DNA from: an uncultured Planctomycetia bacterium
GTDB taxonomy: Bacteria; Omnitrophota; Gorgyraeia; Pluralincolimonadales; Pluralincolimonadaceae
Length of the DNA: 64,000 nucleotides
Direction of reading: 5' to 3'
Assembly: GCA_964650515.1 (NCBI GenBank)
Contig: CAZYUB010000005.1
Location: 12,304 to 76,303 of the forward strand
Shown here: positions 1 through 6,516 of the stretch, piece after piece
Layout: every line of letters begins with the position of its first letter
Position numbering within the stretch: position 1 is the first letter of the stretch
Notes under the pieces: model-generated
What the model saw: only the letters and a program-made list of their open reading frames with translations
The model's database searches: none
What the model was told of the DNA's origin: nothing
Translations under genes and position numbers: made by a program

Positions 1-2
1 TG

Positions 3-269
3 CTGACGGAAGTCGGCTATAAGAGCTCCACCGGCGCGGCGAAAGCCCCGTGGGAGCACCAGCTCGGCAGGGAGGTCGACCTCGAACTGCAGAAGGACTG
101 CTACACCGCGATGCTCGAGGCGTTCTGGGACAAACCGTGGTTCTACGGAATGTATTGGTGGTACTGGGGAACAAATGATAGAATGGGCGGAAGCACCGAC
201 CGCGGGTTCAATATACAGAACAAGCCCGCGCAGGACGCCGTGAAAGAATGGTACGGAAAAACGCGTTAA
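3..269 (+). CDS. C-terminal fragment of a glycosidase-like protein. The 5' end lies outside the window. It ends ...PWFYGMYWWYWGTNDRMGG...KEWYGKTR*. It may be a clan GH-A TIM-barrel hydrolase such as a mannanase, given the GH130 gene downstream.
   Basis: Open frame from the window edge to TAA at 267-269. The Trp/Tyr-rich C-terminal strand is typical of the last beta-strands of GH-A enzymes. It is followed by an AGGAGG RBS and the GH130 gene. The family assignment is a guess. Confidence 0.35.
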   Translation: MTEVGYKSSTGAAKAPWEHQLGREVDLELQKDCYTAMLEAFWDKPWFYGMYWWYWGTNDRMGGSTDRGFNIQNKPAQDAVKEWYGKTR

Positions 270-285
270 ACAACAGGAGGATAAG

Positions 286-1215
286 ATGAGGTTTGTCACG
301 AAGAAGTACGAGAAGAACCCGATAATAACGAAAGAGGACATGCCTTACCCGTGCGAATGCGTCTACAATTCCGGCGCGGCGAAATACAACGGCAAGTATA
401 TACTGCTCCTGAGGGTATTGCTGCTCAACGGCAACTGCGTATTCGGCCTGGCCGAGAGCGACGACGGCTACAACTTCAGGATACATCCGAAACCGGTCAT
501 GGTCCCGGCGACTACCGGCCCGTTCGCGAGATATGAGGAGAAGGGCATCGAGGACCCGAGGGTCACGAAGCTCGGCGACACCTATTATATCTTCTACAGC
601 TGCTATTCCGGGCTCGGGATGAGGATAGGCCTCGCGAAGACGAAGGATTTCCGGAAGTTCGAGAGGATCGCGATGACCACGACGATCGATTACCGGAACT
701 CCGTACTCTTCCCCGAGAAGATAAAAGGGAAGTACTGCCGTTTCGAACGGCCTAACGTCGGGCGCCAGGGCATATGGATATCCTATTCGCCGGACCTGGT
801 ACACTGGGGCGAGCAGGAGCACATTATGGCCCCTTACGGCAACCATATATGGGAGGACCATAAGATCGGCGCGGGCGCGCCCCCGATAAAGACGAAGAAG
901 GGCTGGCTCAGCATCTACCACGGCGTCACATGGACGATGGACGGGATGACATACAGGCTCGGCGTCGCGATGCATGACCTGAAAGACCCGGCGAAAGTAC
1001 TGGGTATCGCCGACCAGTTCATACTGAGCCCCGACGAGGTCTTCGAGAGGGTCGGTTATGTCCATAACGTCGTCTTTACGTGCGGCGCGATACCGGAGCC
1101 GGACGGCACCGTCAAGATATACTACGGTGGCGCGGATACGGTAATGTGCGTCGCTACGGCAAAGATAGACGACCTGGTTGACATTGCGCTGAAGGGAAAG
1201 AGGAAGCCGCTATAA
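286..1215 (+). CDS. GH130-family glycoside phosphorylase-like protein (DUF377 / beta-1,4-mannooligosaccharide phosphorylase family).
   Basis: 309 aa. An AGGAGG RBS sits 8 nt upstream. It has the N-terminal NPIIT motif, GIEDPRVTKLGDTYYIFYS, and a beta-propeller-like repeat pattern with conserved Asp residues typical of GH130. Confidence 0.75.
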   Translation: MRFVTKKYEKNPIITKEDMPYPCECVYNSGAAKYNGKYILLLRVLLLNGNCVFGLAESDDGYNFRIHPKPVMVPATTGPFARYEEKGIEDPRVTKLGDTYYIFYSCYSGLGMRIGLAKTKDFRKFERIAMTTTIDYRNSVLFPEKIKGKYCRFERPNVGRQGIWISYSPDLVHWGEQEHIMAPYGNHIWEDHKIGAGAPPIKTKKGWLSIYHGVTWTMDGMTYRLGVAMHDLKDPAKVLGIADQFILSPDEVFERVGYVHNVVFTCGAIPEPDGTVKIYYGGADTVMCVATAKIDDLVDIALKGKRKPL

Positions 1216-1262
1216 AGAATTACCTCGGCATTGACATAGGCGGGACGAATATCCGTCTCGGG

Positions 1263-2096
1263 GTGGTCGACAGCCGCGGAAGGATGTTGACGAGGTACCA
1301 CATGCCGACGCTTAAGGAGCAGGGACGCCGAAAGGTGATATCGCGGCTTCTCGACGCAATAGGCGCTATATTATACGGTTCGGGCTATAAGGTCGGGGCG
1401 ATAGGGGTCGGCTGCCCCGGGCCTCTCGACAACAAAAGAGGGATCGTCCTTTCCCCGCCCAACCTTCCGGATTGGCGCGGAGTGCGCCTGAAGGAGACCA
1501 TCGAAAGGAGATTCCGCATCCCGGTGATCGTAGAGAACGACGCGAACTGCGCCGGCCTCGGCGAGGCGATAACCGGTGCTGGCCGCGGCGCCTCGAGCAT
1601 GGTCCTGCTGACGCTCGGGACCGGCATCGGCAGCGCGATAGTCCTCGACGGGAAGTTGTGGACAGGCAAAGGCGGGTTCGCCTCAGAGCTTGGCCACACC
1701 TCAATAGACGTCGACGGGCCGAAATGCGGCTGCGGTAACAGGGGATGCATAGAATTATACGCGTCTGCCACGGCTGTCGCGCGCCGCGGTAAAATGGAAG
1801 CGGAAAAGGTATTTCGCGCGGCTGCCAAAGGCAATAAGATCGCGCGCAAGGTAGTTGATGATACTGCGTATTACCTCGGCTGCGCGCTAGCGAACATAGT
1901 GAACGCGCTCGACCCGGAGGTGATAGTCCTCGCGGGAGGCATGGCGAAAGCCGGCCGAAGATTCATGGGCAAAGCAGAGAAAACAATGCGCGAAAGGGCT
2001 TTGAAAGAATCGTCAAGGGGAGTCAGGTTGGTTACCGCTAAACTCGGAGAAGACGCCGGACTGATCGGCGCCGCATGGAGGGCTAAGGGGCTATGA
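1263..2096 (+). CDS. ROK-family sugar kinase (glucokinase/fructokinase-like). The true start is probably upstream near 1218-1230, because the ROK N-terminal motif LGIDIGGTNIRLG is encoded in frame before the first ATG/GTG/TTG.
   Basis: It has the glycine-rich ATP-binding DIGGT motif and the ROK zinc motif CGCGNRGCIELYAS. See the finding on the missing canonical start. Confidence 0.8.
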   Translation: MVDSRGRMLTRYHMPTLKEQGRRKVISRLLDAIGAILYGSGYKVGAIGVGCPGPLDNKRGIVLSPPNLPDWRGVRLKETIERRFRIPVIVENDANCAGLGEAITGAGRGASSMVLLTLGTGIGSAIVLDGKLWTGKGGFASELGHTSIDVDGPKCGCGNRGCIELYASATAVARRGKMEAEKVFRAAAKGNKIARKVVDDTAYYLGCALANIVNALDPEVIVLAGGMAKAGRRFMGKAEKTMRERALKESSRGVRLVTAKLGEDAGLIGAAWRAKGL

Positions 2097-4924
2097 AGAG
2101 GATGCTGCTTTCGTTATTAACCGTATTTATGATCTCGCCGTGCTGGGCTTCGGGTACGGAAACCGTTCTCTGGGACGGGTTTGAGTCCAGGAACCTGTGG
2201 ACGATCGCCCCGTGGGGAGATGCCGCAAAGCTCACGGTTTCGGCAGAGAACAAGGTCGAGGGCCAGAAGTGTTTTAAGGTCAGTTTTGGCCCTGAAGGAA
2301 AACAGAATCCCCCTAAGGGCGTCGTTCTCGAGAGGGAACAATCTGCGATAGACCTTGATACATCAAAAAAGCTGACGGTCGATATATATAACGACGGCCC
2401 TCCGTTTGAGCTTGCCCTGGTCCTTTATACGGACGAATTCATCGAAAGCTCGACAACTACGGTCAAGAAGGGCCTTAATAAGGACATAGAGTTTGACCTT
2501 CACGCGAAGGACTTTAAATCGCCCAACAGCAAGTGGCAGTATAATTATACCCCGCATCCCGGGACAATCGCATGGCGGATCATGTTCATCATGTATGCGG
2601 AAGATACCGAAGCCAAGGCCAACGTATATTTTGACAATATGCGGCTGGAAAGAGCGCCGAGAATAACAAGCGAGCAGAAGGTAATAGCGCTGGCAGATTA
2701 CACCGCGCCGGATATCACGGCGGTGAAGCCCGCGGCCGACAAGGTCGAGCAGTACGAGAAGTTCGAGATAGACGTCGCGTTCGGGGGCACGTACCAGTAC
2801 CCTTATAACCCGGATAACATAGACCTGACGGCATATTTCAAGTCGCCGGACGGGAAGAAGTATACGATGCCCGGGTTCCTCTATTCGGGAAAGGTCGACG
2901 GCGTGAACATATCGGACGCCGCCTGGAAAGTAAGGTTCGCGCCGGTCAAGCCCGGAAAGTGGGAGTATTACGTCACGGTAAAGAACCCGAAAGGCACGGC
3001 CAAGTCGGAGACGATGTCTTTCGAGTGCACGACTCCCGCGTCGCCTAAAAGAGGATTTGCGCGCATAAGCAAGAAGGACCCGCTCTTCTTCGAGTTCGAG
3101 AACGGCGAATATTACTATCCGTTGGGACAGAATGTTGCGTGGGCCCCCTCAGTGGATATGTTCGAGCACTATTTCTCGAAGATGCACGACAATATGTATA
3201 ACTGGACGCGCGTATGGATGTCGAGCTGGCAGTGCGCGATAGAATGGCTCGACGTAGGCGAGTACCACGGGCTCAACAATTATAACCTTAAGAACGCGAA
3301 ACTCCTGGACGACATAACGGACCTCGCCAGGAAATATGACCTGTATTACCAGCTCGTGCTGAACCAGCACGGCCAGCTAAGCACAAAGATCGACCAGGAA
3401 TGGCTGAACAACCCGTATAACAAAAAGAACGGCGGGCCCTGCGAGAAACCGTCGGACTTCCTGACAAACGCCGAGGCGAAGAGACTCTACAAGATGCGCG
3501 TACGCTATATAATCGCGCGCTGGGGTTACTCGACGAACATCCTCGCGTGGGAGCCGTGGAACGAGCTGACGCTCATGGACGGCTACGACGCGAAGCTCGA
3601 CATCCCGTGGCAGAAGGAGATGGCGCAGTACATGAATTCGGTCGACCCGCACAGGCACATGATAACGACGAGCTATTTCGGAAACTTCCCGAAAGAGATA
3701 TGGAAACAGCCCGAGATAAGCTACGGCCAGATACACATGTATACCCCCGAGATAGTGACTACGCTGGACGGGCTTTCGGTAATGATGAAAGATTACAAGA
3801 AAGCGTATTTCGTCGGGGAATACGGCGGAAGCAATTTAAGCGGCATTGACATACAGGACCCGGACGCGACGGTGCACCATAACGGGATCTGGGCCGCATA
3901 CATGACAGATTCCTCGGGAAACGCAATGCCATGGCAATGGGATGAATACATCGATCCGAACAACCTGTATTTCCACTGGCATTCGCTCGCCAAATTCAAC
4001 GAGGGAGAAGACAGGCGCAGCCAGCACTATGGGTACAGCCGCGGCACGCTGGAGCTTGACGACGGCACGATACTGATGGCCCAGGGCATACTGAACAACA
4101 AGAAGGCGCTTATCTGGGTCTATGACCTCTACAGGACGAAGTTCAACCAGGGCGCGCTTAAACCTCTCCATATAAAAGGGGCCCTGTTGACGGTCGCTGG
4201 GATGGATAAAGGCGATTACAGGGTGGAGTTCTGGGACACGTATAAGGGGGAAATCACCGGGACCGCGCAGGCGTCAAGCAACGGGAAGAAGATGGAGATA
4301 GCGTTGCCCGAAATAACGAAGGACTTCGCGCTGAAAGTGATAAGCATGAATGATAAGGCGCGCCCGAAAGCATGCAAGGCGCGTATAGAATCCAAATACC
4401 TGAATAAGGAAGCCGCCGAAGAGCCGCGCGACCTCTGGGAAGGTTTCGAGGCCAAGGGTGATTGGGACTATGCCGGATGGGGAGACATAGTCAAGGTCTC
4501 TCTCGCGAAGGACAGGGTGACCGAAGGCAAGAGCGCGTTCAAGGTCGTCTTCGATAAGGCAGGCAGGAGGACCGACGGAAAGGGCATATGCGTCCAGAAC
4601 ACGAAACTGGACCTCGACCTCTCAAAGGCGAAGAAGATGGTCTTCGACGTATATCTTGACGCCCCGAACTCGATAGAGGTATCGGTAGTCCTCAACAGCA
4701 AGGGATTCTGTGAAAGCGTGCGCCGGATAATAGTACCCGGCTGGAACAGGAACATCACATTCGACCTCATGGCGAAGACCTTCAAGAAGGAGTCGACGAA
4801 GTGGCAGCATAAGGGCGAGATCGACAGGGCGGAGCCGATGAAAGAGGTCATGTTCATGTTCTATCCGTGGGATGTCGAGTCCGGAAGTTTCTACCTGGAT
4901 AATATCGGATTTCGCAACGATTAG
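2093..4924 (+). CDS. Secreted GH5-like (clan GH-A) endoglycanase with a related CBM-like jelly-roll module at both the N- and C-terminus.
   Basis: 943 aa with a signal peptide (MKRMLLSLLTVFMISPCWASG). It carries the catalytic acid/base motif NILAWEPWNE and the nucleophile motif YFVGEYGG. The N-terminal module (VLWDGFESRNLWTIAPWGD...VYFDNMRLE) and the C-terminal module (DLWEGFEAKGDWDYAGWGD...FYLDNIGF) are clearly homologous. Confidence 0.7.
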   Translation: MKRMLLSLLTVFMISPCWASGTETVLWDGFESRNLWTIAPWGDAAKLTVSAENKVEGQKCFKVSFGPEGKQNPPKGVVLEREQSAIDLDTSKKLTVDIYNDGPPFELALVLYTDEFIESSTTTVKKGLNKDIEFDLHAKDFKSPNSKWQYNYTPHPGTIAWRIMFIMYAEDTEAKANVYFDNMRLERAPRITSEQKVIALADYTAPDITAVKPAADKVEQYEKFEIDVAFGGTYQYPYNPDNIDLTAYFKSPDGKKYTMPGFLYSGKVDGVNISDAAWKVRFAPVKPGKWEYYVTVKNPKGTAKSETMSFECTTPASPKRGFARISKKDPLFFEFENGEYYYPLGQNVAWAPSVDMFEHYFSKMHDNMYNWTRVWMSSWQCAIEWLDVGEYHGLNNYNLKNAKLLDDITDLARKYDLYYQLVLNQHGQLSTKIDQEWLNNPYNKKNGGPCEKPSDFLTNAEAKRLYKMRVRYIIARWGYSTNILAWEPWNELTLMDGYDAKLDIPWQKEMAQYMNSVDPHRHMITTSYFGNFPKEIWKQPEISYGQIHMYTPEIVTTLDGLSVMMKDYKKAYFVGEYGGSNLSGIDIQDPDATVHHNGIWAAYMTDSSGNAMPWQWDEYIDPNNLYFHWHSLAKFNEGEDRRSQHYGYSRGTLELDDGTILMAQGILNNKKALIWVYDLYRTKFNQGALKPLHIKGALLTVAGMDKGDYRVEFWDTYKGEITGTAQASSNGKKMEIALPEITKDFALKVISMNDKARPKACKARIESKYLNKEAAEEPRDLWEGFEAKGDWDYAGWGDIVKVSLAKDRVTEGKSAFKVVFDKAGRRTDGKGICVQNTKLDLDLSKAKKMVFDVYLDAPNSIEVSVVLNSKGFCESVRRIIVPGWNRNITFDLMAKTFKKESTKWQHKGEIDRAEPMKEVMFMFYPWDVESGSFYLDNIGFRND

Positions 4925-5138
4925 GGATATAGACGGAGAAACGCAAGGATTTCCCATAAAATAGCAACAATGTCATCTTGACAAAGGAACCTGAAAATGG
5001 TATATTTTCCCCGAAATAGTTATACCAGAGTATACTTGCCTTGTTCTCTAGTTAATTAGTAGCATTATGTCTGTACATCTCTGTTTTCATTAACTTAGTA
5101 TACTCGGATATACTAAACAAGGGAAAGGGGGTAGCAGG
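4925..5138 (+). other. AT-rich (about 35% GC) intergenic/leader region. It holds two copies of the palindromic 8-mer AGTATACT (5029-5036, 5097-5104) and a related GATATACT (5107-5114).
   Basis: Read directly from the sequence. The composition stands out against a 60% GC background. Confidence 0.5.
4978..5006 (+). promoter_or_regulatory. Sigma70-type promoter: TTGACA, a 17-nt spacer, then TATATT.
   Basis: TTGACA lies at 4978-4983 and TATATT at 5001-5006. They sit inside a 214-bp AT-rich intergenic region, about 130 nt upstream of the PEP-CTERM gene at 5139. Confidence 0.5.
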
Positions 5139-5768
5139 ATGGTAAAGATGCTCATGGTAATGGCGGTCATGGCTATGGTGCTGTGCCTTAACACCGCGGC
5201 GCATGCTACGGTCCAGTTCGATTTCGCTGCTGATACGCAAGGTTGGGCGGGCGAGGATTGGGGTTCGGGGCTTCCTGCTTTACAGCAGGTTTCGTGGTCC
5301 AAGGATCCCGCAACGGGGAGCCTCGAAGCAAGCACTTCAACCATGACGTATACGCGCGCTGACGGCTCCAACTGGGGCAAAGTATACCTTAAAAGTGATT
5401 TTTCCGCTTCGAAGAACCTGTCCGCAGAACCTCTCTACACGATGGATTTCTACGCTCCCGATAACATCTACTACGCGAAGGCAAAGCTCGGGGTAAGGAC
5501 AGGCGGCTCCTGGGACCTGACCGAATCGAGCGAGATAAGCTTAAATCCCGGCTGGAACACCCTCGTATGGGATATGAGCGGCGCCTCCAACCTTGCCGAC
5601 GCGAGACAGCTTGGCATCGAAGTGTCTGGATGGCTGCCGGTCACCGGCGATGCGAAATGGAATATCGATAACGTTGCGACAAATCCCGTCCCTGAGCCGT
5701 CGAGCATGCTGCTTCTCGGCGCGGGCCTCGCGGGAATATTCGGAGCAAGGAAGAGATCCTCGAAGTGA
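5139..5768 (+). CDS. PEP-CTERM-anchored secreted protein with an N-terminal CBM-like domain.
   Basis: 209 aa with a signal peptide. The C-terminus PVPEPSSMLLLGAGLAGIFGARKRSSK is a PEP motif followed by a TM helix and a basic tail. The N-terminus begins ATVQFDFAADTQGWAGEDWG. A GGGGG-type RBS lies upstream. Confidence 0.8.
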   Translation: MVKMLMVMAVMAMVLCLNTAAHATVQFDFAADTQGWAGEDWGSGLPALQQVSWSKDPATGSLEASTSTMTYTRADGSNWGKVYLKSDFSASKNLSAEPLYTMDFYAPDNIYYAKAKLGVRTGGSWDLTESSEISLNPGWNTLVWDMSGASNLADARQLGIEVSGWLPVTGDAKWNIDNVATNPVPEPSSMLLLGAGLAGIFGARKRSSK

Positions 5769-5798
5769 CTTTAAAATACCAAAAAGGGAGGAGGTGAA

Positions 5799-6464
5799 AT
5801 GATTATGATGAAGCGTATCCTCATTATTGCAGCTGTGTTATTGCTCGGTAATCCGGCGTTCGGCGCGACCCTGTATGACTTCGAATCGGGCACCGACGGC
5901 TGGACATTCCAGGATTATACCGACAGCCAGGCAATTTCCGCTGTCGCGCAGTCCTCGGCCCAGGCAAAATCCGGTTCTTACTCGTTGATGGGAACAGCGC
6001 ATCTCGTACCGGGCGACGCCAATTACAGCAAGGGCGAAGTACTGGTCAACAGGGGCGCGGCGAACACGTTGAACCTTAACGGGCTCCAGACGTCGGTATC
6101 CGTATTCGGACCTACGGGAGCGGCGGGAACCAACCCTTCGTCCCCCAACGGATGGCAGGTGTTCTTCAAAGACGCGAACTGGTTGTCATGGTACGGCCCG
6201 TGGACGAACATGACGGTCAACACATGGCAGACATTGTCAGTGACGCCCGGCGTGACGACCCCGGCATTCGTCGATTCCGGCTTCGACCCGACCCAGATAA
6301 TGGTCATGGGAGTGAAGCTCGGCACCGGCGGGGCCTCTACCGGCACCTATGACGGCGCGGTATACGTGGACCAGGTTAGCGTGGTCCCGGAGCCCGCAAG
6401 CATGCTTCTTCTCGGCAGCGGTTTGGTAGGCATCCTTGGTTTCGCGAGAAGGAAGAAGGCTTAA
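5799..6464 (+). CDS. PEP-CTERM-anchored secreted protein with an N-terminal CBM-like domain.
   Basis: 221 aa with a signal peptide. The C-terminus is VVPEPASMLLLGSGLVGILGFARRKKA. The N-terminus begins ATLYDFESGTDGWTFQDY. A GGAGGAGG RBS lies upstream. Confidence 0.8.
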   Translation: MIMMKRILIIAAVLLLGNPAFGATLYDFESGTDGWTFQDYTDSQAISAVAQSSAQAKSGSYSLMGTAHLVPGDANYSKGEVLVNRGAANTLNLNGLQTSVSVFGPTGAAGTNPSSPNGWQVFFKDANWLSWYGPWTNMTVNTWQTLSVTPGVTTPAFVDSGFDPTQIMVMGVKLGTGGASTGTYDGAVYVDQVSVVPEPASMLLLGSGLVGILGFARRKKA

Positions 6465-6516
6465 CAGGCAGTACAAACAAGGCGAGTATAAAAATGGCAA
6501 AGGGGGTATTAAAGCT

